DNA of 64,000 nucleotides from an uncultured archaeon (lineage in GTDB: Archaea > Asgardarchaeota > Heimdallarchaeia > Heimdallarchaeales > Heimdallarchaeaceae): contig CAZHRF010000006.1 in NCBI GenBank assembly GCA_964534625.1, positions 35,298-99,297 of the forward strand, read 5' to 3'. Numbering within the stretch: the first letter of the stretch is position 1; each line of letters opens with the position of its first letter. Shown here one piece after another: positions 1-9,121 of the stretch. The translations under genes and the position numbers were made by a program. Under the pieces are notes generated by a model, which was not told where the DNA came from, searched no databases, and saw only the letters and a list, made by a program, of their open reading frames with translations.

Positions 1-786
1 TTTGATTATTTCCATTGCTATGATGAAAATAAAATAAAACCAGTTAATGTAGCTGATGTTTTACGTAAAACACAAACTGATGTTTTGATTAATTTCCTTC
101 CTGTTGGTTCTGAAAAGGCCACACAATCTTACGCACAAGCATGTTTAGATACAGATGTCGCAATGGCTAATGGCATCCCCGCTTTTATCGCATCTAATCC
201 CGAATGGGCGGCAAAATTCAAGGAGAAGAACATACCTATTGCAGGAGATGACATCAAATCTCAATTAGGTGCCACTATTCTTCATAGGATGCTTGTTAGA
301 TTAGCTTATGAGCGCGGTATTAAAATGGATGAAACCTTTCAATTAAATGTTGGCGGAAATGGCGATTTTTATAACATGAAAAAAGAGTATAGATTAAAAA
401 CAAAACGCGTTTCTAAAACCCAAGCTGTAACATCGATGATCCCGTATGATGTCCCTACGAGAATTGGTCCTTCCGATTTTGTAGAATTTTTGCAAGACGA
501 AAAAATCTGCTATTTATGGTTGAAAGGTAAAAATTTTGGAGAACAACCTGTTACTGTTCAATTAAAATTAAGTGTGCAAGATTCACCCAATTCAGCGGGA
601 GTCATGATTGATGTTATTAGGGCATTGAAAATTGCAAAAGATAGGGGTATAGGCGGTCCGCTCGTAGGTGTTTCATCCTATTTCTTTAAACATCCACCCA
701 AACAAGTACCTGATCCTATAGCGCGAGAAGAAGTTGATAGATTTATTCGTGGAGAAAAATCTTTAATCGAAGGTGATAATAAATGA
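1..786 (+). CDS. ino1: myo-inositol-1-phosphate synthase (archaeal/actinobacterial type), 5'-truncated by window
   Basis: Frame is open from base 1 (FDYFHC...DVLINFLPVGS). Conserved motifs GDDIKSQLGATILHR, QLNVGGNGDF, KRVSKT, GPSDF, DSPNSAG. Confidence 0.9.
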   Translation, partial: FDYFHCYDENKIKPVNVADVLRKTQTDVLINFLPVGSEKATQSYAQACLDTDVAMANGIPAFIASNPEWAAKFKEKNIPIAGDDIKSQLGATILHRMLVRLAYERGIKMDETFQLNVGGNGDFYNMKKEYRLKTKRVSKTQAVTSMIPYDVPTRIGPSDFVEFLQDEKICYLWLKGKNFGEQPVTVQLKLSVQDSPNSAGVMIDVIRALKIAKDRGIGGPLVGVSSYFFKHPPKQVPDPIAREEVDRFIRGEKSLIEGDNK

Positions 787-1853
787 GTAAAAATGGTATT
801 AAAGTAGCAATCGCAGGAATAGGTTCTTTAACCTCAGCTTTCATTCAAGGAATAAAATATATTGAAATGCATCCTGAAAAAAATGAAACGTTAAGATATC
901 CTATTCTTGGAGGTAACAAGATAACCGATATAGAAGTCGTTGCTGCTTTTGATGTATGTGATACAAAGGTAGGAAAAGATATTTCGGAAGCCATCTTTTC
1001 ACCCATTAATTCCACTCCCAAATTTATTGAGGTGGAACCTTTTAACATAAAGGTAAAGAAAGGGCCAGTAAAAGATGGGATTACGGGAACACTCGAAAAC
1101 GCCATCAATATCGCTCCTGGCGAAGAAGTAGATATGGTTAAAGAATTAAAAAAATCCGAAGCAGAGATACTTATCTGTTGTATCCCAACTGGTTCAAATG
1201 AAGCAGTAGAAACTTACGCTGAAGCAGCAATTGAAGCTGATGTTGCATTTATTAATTGTACTCCCACATATATAGCAAGTAAACCAGAGTGGGCAAAAAG
1301 ATTCCAAAAAGCAAATGTGGCATTAGTAGGTGATGATCTCCAGTCAATGCACGGAGGAACCGTACTCCATAAAGGATTGCTCGAAGTGATGGAAGAACAA
1401 GGTATAAAGGTGATAGATACATATCAGCTAGATGTAGCAGGTGGTCTGGAAACACTAAATACACTTGATGATGATAGAAAAGCATACAAAAGACATGTAA
1501 AAGAAAGAACTATACAAAAAGCCACAAAAAGTAAGATTAACATAGCATCAGGTACAAGTGATTATCTTGAATTCCTTGGTAACAGAAGAATTGGACACTT
1601 CTGGGTATATGGCGAAGGCTTTTTAGGTATGCCTATTAAGATGGATATTAGATATGAAACATTAGACGGTCCTAATGGTGCAGCAACTCTAATAGATGTT
1701 GTAAGAGCAACAAAGGTGGCTATAAATCGGGCAGATTTTGGACCATTAGTTTCAGTTAGTGCATATGGATTTAAAGCACCAGCTGTATTAACAAGTAGAC
1801 ATGAGTCTATAAAATGGTTAGAAGACTATATAGAGGGTAAAAGAGCAAAATAA
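783..1853 (+). CDS. divergent myo-inositol-1-phosphate synthase paralogue
   Basis: N-terminal Rossmann motif VAIAGIG, VAAFDV..KVGKDISEAIF, GDD, DGPNGA. ATGA overlap with the upstream gene. Several active-site motifs are altered. Confidence 0.8.
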   Translation: MSKNGIKVAIAGIGSLTSAFIQGIKYIEMHPEKNETLRYPILGGNKITDIEVVAAFDVCDTKVGKDISEAIFSPINSTPKFIEVEPFNIKVKKGPVKDGITGTLENAINIAPGEEVDMVKELKKSEAEILICCIPTGSNEAVETYAEAAIEADVAFINCTPTYIASKPEWAKRFQKANVALVGDDLQSMHGGTVLHKGLLEVMEEQGIKVIDTYQLDVAGGLETLNTLDDDRKAYKRHVKERTIQKATKSKINIASGTSDYLEFLGNRRIGHFWVYGEGFLGMPIKMDIRYETLDGPNGAATLIDVVRATKVAINRADFGPLVSVSAYGFKAPAVLTSRHESIKWLEDYIEGKRAK

Positions 1854-1863
1854 CCCCTAATCA

Positions 1864-2850
1864 CTATTTTTCTATTTTTAATAATCTTGTGATTTTGATT
1901 AATTTTTTTCTGGCGTGAGATTCAGGATATTTGGAAAGAATATCGCTTGCCAAATCAACATATGTGGATATTAAATCTTTTGTTGATTTAAGAGCTCCAG
2001 AAGAGACAATAATATTGCGAATAGTTTCTATAGAATAATCTTTCTTGTGTAAATAGTATTGCTCAAAAATATATTTTTGTTCAGAATTTATTTTTTCATA
2101 GGTCTTTATAACGATATAATTCTGAATACGATTTTCAATATCTGTTTTAACGCTTGATTTTCCTATATTTTTTATATTTGAAGTAATGGCAAGATAATCA
2201 TCTCTCAATTGAAAAGCACGACCGAAAAATTTTCCAAAAGTTCTCATATCTTCAATTTCCTCAACGGTAGTATTTCCCAATAAAGAACCAATAACAGTGG
2301 CCCCTTCAAAAAGAGGTGTTGTTTTGACATCAATAAGTTCAATGATTTTTTCGATTGAAAAAAACTGTTTTGCTTCTCTTATCTCTTGTTCTAAAAATAG
2401 TGCTTTTGACATTTTTTGAGTGATATGATTTATTTCTTGGATTATTTCTGATTTTTTTGTTCGAGTTGCAAGTTCATATGCATAACTGCTCAAAGAGTAA
2501 GTAATAGCTAACGTTTCAAATGTTGAATACTCTAAATAAAAAGATTTTTTGTTTCTTCGGATTACATCATGATCAAAGAGGTCATCAATTAAAAGAGACG
2601 CATTATGAATGATTTCTAGTGCACATGCCGCAATATAACTTAGATTAGTTCTGATTTTTGTATTAATCATTTCAAAAGAGAGGAGGCAAATAAGAGGACG
2701 AAGTCTTTTTCCCCCTTCTTGGAAAACATGATCAAATAGAGTGGATCTAGGTTGTTCAGCAATATATTTTTCAGAGATTTTTCGAAGATGAAAATCAATT
2801 TCCTTTATATCTTTGTTAAAATCTGAAAATGAAGAACACATTGTTTGCAA
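1864..2850 (-). CDS. trans-polyprenyl diphosphate synthase, probably long-chain
   Basis: GGKRLRP, first Asp-rich motif HNASLLIDDLFD..RR, KT motif, FQLRDDYL. TTG start is uncertain. Confidence 0.88.
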   Translation of the reverse strand: MQTMCSSFSDFNKDIKEIDFHLRKISEKYIAEQPRSTLFDHVFQEGGKRLRPLICLLSFEMINTKIRTNLSYIAACALEIIHNASLLIDDLFDHDVIRRNKKSFYLEYSTFETLAITYSLSSYAYELATRTKKSEIIQEINHITQKMSKALFLEQEIREAKQFFSIEKIIELIDVKTTPLFEGATVIGSLLGNTTVEEIEDMRTFGKFFGRAFQLRDDYLAITSNIKNIGKSSVKTDIENRIQNYIVIKTYEKINSEQKYIFEQYYLHKKDYSIETIRNIIVSSGALKSTKDLISTYVDLASDILSKYPESHARKKLIKITRLLKIEK

Positions 2851-2884
2851 TGTGAAATACTCTTTAAAAAAGGTATTGTTTTAT

Positions 2885-4375
2885 TTAAAAAGGATGTATC
2901 ATTTTTTCAAAGAGTGTTAGTAAATTGTTTGCAAATATAATACACAACATAATTGCAAAGAAGGATAAAATAACAGCCAAATAAGAAAATTGTTCATTCG
3001 ACAATAAATATAGCGTTTTCTCATCTTTTATTCTTCTCTTTTTTTCTTCAAAAAGCATTGAAACATGCTTTATAACATAAATCAGGGACAGAATTATGGA
3101 GAATGTTATAAGAGTTGAACTGTATATCCATTGAAAGCTAAATACAAATTGTATATAGAAAAAACTACCAATTATTAGGATAAGAATAGGAAATGAAAAC
3201 AAGAAAATATACATTGAAATAAATAAAATGAATGCCAAGTTTGACTTAGAGCTGATGGTTGCAATATTTTTTATTGTAGGATTATCTATAATCTCTTTTG
3301 AAAAGTGGACAAGTGAAAATGAAAATAGGCATAAAATAGGATATAGAAAGAGAAAAGCAGAAATTGATTTAATAGTCAAAAGGTAAGAATCAGATGTAAG
3401 AGTAAATGAGAGAAGTAAAAGATAAATTCCACTAAGATACAAAAGGATATACTCTAGTAACTTTTTAAGATTATTAATTGTCAAAGTTGAAAATATCCCC
3501 CATATTAAGCTTATTGAGCTCATTATTAGTAATATTGTTAGCAAAAAAATGTTTTGAAATAGATTTCGCATGAATAGCACATATTTAGTAAGAATGAATA
3601 GTGATACCCATTTCTGTATAATTATATAAATCTCTACAGGCGCAATATTTTGTTCTTTAAGATTGAAATAGTAGAAATGAAAAGGTGGAATACCGATCTG
3701 TATAAAAAGAAAGGTTAGAATAAAGACGCTACTAATACCCAACCAAGTTAAATTTATTGAATTCTTTCTTTCAAATAAGAATGTATTAAGTGAGAGATAA
3801 TGTGTAATAATTCCCAAGAAAAACAGAAGTAGACTAATAATATACATCTTAGAGTGGTTCTTATATTCACTTACTTCTTTTTTTTCGGGTTTTTCAAAAC
3901 TAAACATAAATAGAGAGATACCAAAACCTAAGACAACATACATGAATAAAATATAAATAAGAGATGAAAAAAGAGTTATAAAAAATCCAGATATAAGAAT
4001 AATTAAAATAGAAAGAAAAGGATTGAAGTTGAGGTCGTCAAAAACTATTCCTTCTACAGATACTTTCATAGTACAAATGATTAAAGTAAAAGATAAAGGA
4101 AAAAATAATGGAAAAATAAAATTTGAAAAGGAAAAGATAGGCAATAATTTGGATATATTAAATAAATTTTCATGATTGTACCAATAAATAATGTTGCTAC
4201 ATATTATACACACAATTGTTGTATATCCATAAATAATTCTTATTCTTGTCTTAAGAAGAGGGATTCTTTTTATTAGTAAGTTCTTGAATGCACCAATTAA
4301 GAGAAGTACTAGAACACCTCCAAGTAATATTCCAATATGTAAGAAAGCTTTGATAGTAATAATTGCGAAAGACAT
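2885..4375 (-). CDS. NuoN/MrpD-like proton-conducting membrane subunit, highly divergent
   Basis: About 13-14 hydrophobic segments; IGIPPFHF and NLKKLLEY resemble family motifs. Start moved to the ATG at 4375, just after the upstream TAA. Confidence 0.65.
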   Translation of the reverse strand: MSFAIITIKAFLHIGILLGGVLVLLLIGAFKNLLIKRIPLLKTRIRIIYGYTTIVCIICSNIIYWYNHENLFNISKLLPIFSFSNFIFPLFFPLSFTLIICTMKVSVEGIVFDDLNFNPFLSILIILISGFFITLFSSLIYILFMYVVLGFGISLFMFSFEKPEKKEVSEYKNHSKMYIISLLLFFLGIITHYLSLNTFLFERKNSINLTWLGISSVFILTFLFIQIGIPPFHFYYFNLKEQNIAPVEIYIIIQKWVSLFILTKYVLFMRNLFQNIFLLTILLIMSSISLIWGIFSTLTINNLKKLLEYILLYLSGIYLLLLSFTLTSDSYLLTIKSISAFLFLYPILCLFSFSLVHFSKEIIDNPTIKNIATISSKSNLAFILFISMYIFLFSFPILILIIGSFFYIQFVFSFQWIYSSTLITFSIILSLIYVIKHVSMLFEEKKRRIKDEKTLYLLSNEQFSYLAVILSFFAIMLCIIFANNLLTLFEKMIHPF

Positions 4376-4376
4376 T

Positions 4377-6272
4377 TTAGGATACCCCCATAAATAATAA
4401 AATGACAAAGAATGTAATAATGCAACATATTAGTATTATTAATTGTTTTTGGAAAGTAATAGTTTCAAGATTGCGGAAGAAACATGAAAGAGTAATTAGG
4501 CTTTGCTTAATGGTAGGATATATTTTTGTTCTAATAAAATGGTTTGCTTTTTTGAACAAAAGGAAGATATTGTTTAGACTGGACAATATGATTTTTTTCC
4601 AGATGAATTGTTTCCAGAGTTTGTTTTTGAGATAATGACCAGATGGTAATAGAACTTTATTATAGCAATAAAAACAAGTTACAATTAAAAATGGAAAACT
4701 CATGATATCAATTAGTTTATTTCCAATTAATACTATTTTTTTCTTTATTTCATCCATTTTATTGATTCGTCTAATGAAAAAGCCACTACTTGATAATATC
4801 AGAACAATAATACCAAGTAAAAGAATGAGTGTATTCAATAAACTACGAATATTGATACTCATAGGTAAAGTATCAATCTTTACCAAACCATAGAGAGGAT
4901 AAAGTAGTGATTGAACGAGCAATAATAGAATACAACAAAGCAGTAGAAAAATTTCTTCTATTGACAGAAGATCATAATTTATCTCTTCAAAAAGATAAAA
5001 TAATTTGATTAAAATAATAAGTTCAAATATCGTTTTTATTACATATATAATGATTGCGTATGTTTTTGTTCCGACATAGAAACTGTTTAGTATATATGTA
5101 AAGAGAAGTGCAGAACTATTTAATGGAGGAAAGCCAATTAAAGAAGTAGAAACAATAAAATAACAAAGCAGGACTAGCCATTTTTTTCCTAATTGTTTAT
5201 CTTTCTTTTTAAGAGAGTATTTCGACCATATAAACTGATTAATCCACAATGAGGAAAAAATTAATGGTGCCACTAACAAAACATGATTAAATATACTTTT
5301 TAGATTAAAACTTAAACTGAACAACGCAAAGGCCAGATAAGCTACTTGTAAGTTTTTGCCAATTGAAAGTTTATCATTCATAAATCCTGTACTCATTAAA
5401 GTGATTATTAGTATAACACCAGATATAATCCTAGTTGGAAGAAAATAATGGGTAAACAAGGTGTAAATTGGGGTAAGGATAGTACAAACAATAGGTAAAC
5501 AAAGATAAACAGAGCTAATGTGCATTGTAGAACATAATGAAAGTCTGTTAATGTACCATGACTGAAAAGGGGGAAAAGCTGTTTTCAAAGTGATTCCAAG
5601 GAGAATCAAAACATAGTGAGGTACTAAATTTACATCCTTTAATCCATCTTGAAAAATGATTTCCATCTCCGCTATAACCGACGTCCCAAATGTAATTATG
5701 ACTAAAAGAAAACCAAAGAGCAATAATATAGTCCCAAGCACCTGAGTGATTATCAATTCCAATGAATAATTACTTATAGTGTTAGTTTCATTAATTTGCT
5801 CTCGAACATAGATAGAAATGAAACATAAATCAACTATAAAGAGAAGAAGGAGAATTTGAACCAAACTATGAGAAAATGATAAGAAAACAACAAATGTAAA
5901 AAAAACGGAAGGATTAATATCCTTGCTTAAATCATTTTTTGCAGTCATATAATTCTGAAAATCAACTAAGAGTAAAACGATAACAAAAACCATGTAAAAC
6001 AAAAAACTTTGAATAGTGATATATAAACCAAAAGAAAAATCGATATTGTAAATTGAAAAATCGAAAAATAGTGTTTCAATCTTTTGAGTACCTTGTATAA
6101 AATAACTAATGGTGTTAAAGGTTACTAGTCCAGCATTAGTAATAAATGAACTATATACTTTGATCTTTTTATAGAGTGAATACTCAATATCTGAACGCAA
6201 AAACAAATAAAAAAACGTACTCAGTAATAACCATACCAAGTGACAGATAATAATGAGAGACAGATTATTCAT
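4377..6272 (-). CDS. NuoL/MrpA-like membrane subunit, highly divergent
   Basis: Polytopic; LKTAFPPFQSW (cf. KSAQxPFHxW), SLIGFPPL, and a long C-terminal amphipathic helix. Confidence 0.7.
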   Translation of the reverse strand: MNNLSLIIICHLVWLLLSTFFYLFLRSDIEYSLYKKIKVYSSFITNAGLVTFNTISYFIQGTQKIETLFFDFSIYNIDFSFGLYITIQSFLFYMVFVIVLLLVDFQNYMTAKNDLSKDINPSVFFTFVVFLSFSHSLVQILLLLFIVDLCFISIYVREQINETNTISNYSLELIITQVLGTILLLFGFLLVIITFGTSVIAEMEIIFQDGLKDVNLVPHYVLILLGITLKTAFPPFQSWYINRLSLCSTMHISSVYLCLPIVCTILTPIYTLFTHYFLPTRIISGVILIITLMSTGFMNDKLSIGKNLQVAYLAFALFSLSFNLKSIFNHVLLVAPLIFSSLWINQFIWSKYSLKKKDKQLGKKWLVLLCYFIVSTSLIGFPPLNSSALLFTYILNSFYVGTKTYAIIIYVIKTIFELIILIKLFYLFEEINYDLLSIEEIFLLLCCILLLLVQSLLYPLYGLVKIDTLPMSINIRSLLNTLILLLGIIVLILSSSGFFIRRINKMDEIKKKIVLIGNKLIDIMSFPFLIVTCFYCYNKVLLPSGHYLKNKLWKQFIWKKIILSSLNNIFLLFKKANHFIRTKIYPTIKQSLITLSCFFRNLETITFQKQLIILICCIITFFVILLFMGVS

Positions 6273-6543
6273 TGGATATACCTCCCTTTTCCGCTGATTT
6301 TGGATAGAATTGTTTTTCCAAAAATATTACAAATAGAAATAAAATGACAATTTGAAAGGAAGCGAAAATAAAAATAATTATCTCAATAGTGATTTGCTTT
6401 ATTGATAGTAAAGTTATACCTGCACCAATAATAAAAAGACATCCAATAAGGAAAGTATAATCGCCTTTTGCTCTTACAATTAAATATAAACCCAGTACAA
6501 TATTAAATAATGCTAAAATAAATAACGAAATTACATAAACCAT
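6265..6543 (-). CDS. small 3-TM protein, NuoK/MrpC-like
   Basis: 92 aa with three hydrophobic segments; lies immediately before the NuoL-like gene with an overlapping junction. Confidence 0.5.
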   Translation of the reverse strand: MVYVISLFILALFNIVLGLYLIVRAKGDYTFLIGCLFIIGAGITLLSIKQITIEIIIFIFASFQIVILFLFVIFLEKQFYPKSAEKGGISNE

Positions 6544-7172
6544 ATATCCACCTTCTTTCGTTTATTTTCTTTTGAAACCAAAACTAACAGCCCTAAAAAT
6601 AAGAAAAACTCTAGTATAAAAAAAGTCATGAATAACATAAGCGTTAGCAGAGTATTTTTAATGAATGAATGAAAGATTAATTGCTGGCCAAGATCCAGAT
6701 TAGCTTTAACAATGGGATAAAGAACGACACCAAACAATAACAAAAACAAAATTAGACTAGGATCTTTTATAGTAAATATTTCTTTAGTCTTCTTCTGCTC
6801 AAATGTTAAAAAAAACAGGACAATAAAGCAGAATATAATGATCCAAGAAACAAATAAAACATAATGTTTACTTGCAAGAAAAATTAAAGCAAAACTAAAT
6901 AGTGAGCTAAGAAGAAAATAATGTATTTTCTCTTTATCCAAAAAGGCAGATATAAAAAATCCTGACTGCATACTGATACCCAAATAATAGACAAAATGAA
7001 AAAAGTTTTTCAAAAGTATAATGAGTACAATATTAGCTGTTAATCCAAATATGATCACAACCCCTCTGAACCACCAATTTTTAAATAAATTGCCACACAC
7101 AATTGCTGATATAGTTACACTAACTACTATGTAAGTTATAATTAAAATTATCAAACTAGAGATATCAACCAT
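6531..7172 (-). CDS. polytopic membrane protein, possibly NuoJ-like
   Basis: About 7 TM segments; first gene of the overlapping membrane cluster. Assignment is mostly positional. Confidence 0.4.
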   Translation of the reverse strand: MVDISSLIILIITYIVVSVTISAIVCGNLFKNWWFRGVVIIFGLTANIVLIILLKNFFHFVYYLGISMQSGFFISAFLDKEKIHYFLLSSLFSFALIFLASKHYVLFVSWIIIFCFIVLFFLTFEQKKTKEIFTIKDPSLILFLLLFGVVLYPIVKANLDLGQQLIFHSFIKNTLLTLMLFMTFFILEFFLFLGLLVLVSKENKRKKVDIWFM

Positions 7173-7299
7173 GCAATCACATAAAATACAGAAAATCTCA
7201 GATATAAACTTTTGTGAATTAAATTTTGAGATTATTTGATATGCTGTTCTTTCCGACCTAACATAAACTTTATTACGTTAAAATTTTCCTTTAAACTAC

Positions 7300-9120
7300 A
7301 TGTCTTCTCATTACAACCCAATTGCGCATAAAAGACAGAGTTCTGTTAAAGATATCTATAAAGTACTTAAGCCTTATTTTTCAAGAAGAAAATGGACACT
7401 ATTATTTATCGCGTTTGTTTCCTTTATATCTTCTCTAATGGCCTTATCAACCCCATTATTGATAAGAGAGGTAATGAGGATAGCCATCCCTAGCGAAAAT
7501 ATTAATATGGTATGGTTGTTAGGGGGAGCAATTTTTGGGGCGGCATTAATTGCGGGTTTAATGCAATTTCTTTCAAGATATTTTGGTGCTTTCATGAGTG
7601 AGAGAATCATTCTTGAATTACGAAACGACTTATATCGTACGTTACAAGAACTTAGATTGGAATTTTATGATGAAGAAAGCACAGGACAAATAATGACAAG
7701 AGTGACAACCGACTTAAATCATATCCAAAGATTTGTCAATTTTACTCTTCGATTAATTATGAACGGACTTGTACTTTTTACTGGATCATATATTGCTATG
7801 ATCATAATTAATTGGCAATTAGGATTAATATTGCTTGTCATTTTTCCGGGATTTATTTGGTTAATTTATTGGTTTAGCTCTAAAGTAAGACCTTTATTTT
7901 ATGAATCTAGAATTAAGTATGGATCTGTGACAGCAATTATCCAAGAGAATATTACGGGCGCTCATATTGTTCGAGGGTTTGCCCAAGAAGAAAATGAAAT
8001 TCAACGGTTTACAGAAGCCAACAAAGAATATAGAGATTTACGAATAAAAACTCTTTCTTATAGGGCAGTTTATTTTGCTACTATGAATCTACTTATTGGG
8101 ATTGGAGTTGGTTTAACTCTTTTACTAGGTGGGCTAGCTGTAACAAATGATGCCATGGTTAGAGGAGATGTAGTAGCATACATATTCTTACTAGGCTTAC
8201 TTGCTACACCTACTCGACATCTTACTTGGTTAGTTGGTCTCATACAACGTACTTTAGCTAGTGGTGATCGAATTATTGAGTTAACTTCTGCTAAAAAAGA
8301 AATCAAAGAGGCACCTGATGCGATATCGCCACCAAGATTTCAAGGCAAAATTACATATGAGAACGTGTTCTTTGAGTATGAGGAAAATCGTCCTATTTTA
8401 AAAAATGTAAATGTGGATATCCCACCAGGACAAAAAGTTGTTGTGATGGGAGGAACAGGATCAGGCAAAAGTACCTTTATATTAATGTTACCGCGCTTTT
8501 ATGATCCTAATAAAGGGATAATTAAGATAGATGGTCATGATATTAAAAAGTATAAGCTAAAAGAGATGAGAAAACAAATAGGGCTTGTATTACAAGAAAC
8601 TTATTTATTTAATGGAACAATAAAAGAAAACATCGCTTTTGGTAAACCAGATGCTTTAGATGAAGAGATTATTCAAGCAGCAAAAGTTGCCAAAATACAT
8701 GAATATATTGACAGCTTACCAGATAAGTATGATACACATGTGGGTGATAGAGGAATTACATTATCAGGAGGACAAAAACAGCGAGTATCTATAGCTCGTA
8801 CATTAGTCACGAACCCATCCATATTAATTTTTGACGATTCTACAGCTTCAGTAGATGCACATACAGAAGCGCAAATACAAGAATCTCTCGATATTTTGAG
8901 CGAAGGAAGGACGACGTTGATAATTAGTCAGAGGATATCCTCAGTTCAATATGCGGATAGAATATTGGTTTTTCAAAAAGGAGAAATTGTACAAGATGGA
9001 AGCCATGAAGAATTAATCAATCAAGAAGGATTGTATAAAAATATCTATGATACATTATCAAGAAGCTATGAGGACAGAACCGTAGTCATACCAGAAAAAC
9101 CAGTACAAAGAGGCGATTAA
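7300..9120 (+). CDS. type IV ABC exporter half-transporter, degenerate-site subunit (TM287-like)
   Basis: 6-TM domain, Walker A GGTGSGKST, LSGGQ, Walker B ILIFDD (E to D), switch ISQR (H to Q). Confidence 0.92.
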   Translation: MSSHYNPIAHKRQSSVKDIYKVLKPYFSRRKWTLLFIAFVSFISSLMALSTPLLIREVMRIAIPSENINMVWLLGGAIFGAALIAGLMQFLSRYFGAFMSERIILELRNDLYRTLQELRLEFYDEESTGQIMTRVTTDLNHIQRFVNFTLRLIMNGLVLFTGSYIAMIIINWQLGLILLVIFPGFIWLIYWFSSKVRPLFYESRIKYGSVTAIIQENITGAHIVRGFAQEENEIQRFTEANKEYRDLRIKTLSYRAVYFATMNLLIGIGVGLTLLLGGLAVTNDAMVRGDVVAYIFLLGLLATPTRHLTWLVGLIQRTLASGDRIIELTSAKKEIKEAPDAISPPRFQGKITYENVFFEYEENRPILKNVNVDIPPGQKVVVMGGTGSGKSTFILMLPRFYDPNKGIIKIDGHDIKKYKLKEMRKQIGLVLQETYLFNGTIKENIAFGKPDALDEEIIQAAKVAKIHEYIDSLPDKYDTHVGDRGITLSGGQKQRVSIARTLVTNPSILIFDDSTASVDAHTEAQIQESLDILSEGRTTLIISQRISSVQYADRILVFQKGEIVQDGSHEELINQEGLYKNIYDTLSRSYEDRTVVIPEKPVQRGD

Positions 9121-9121
9121 A

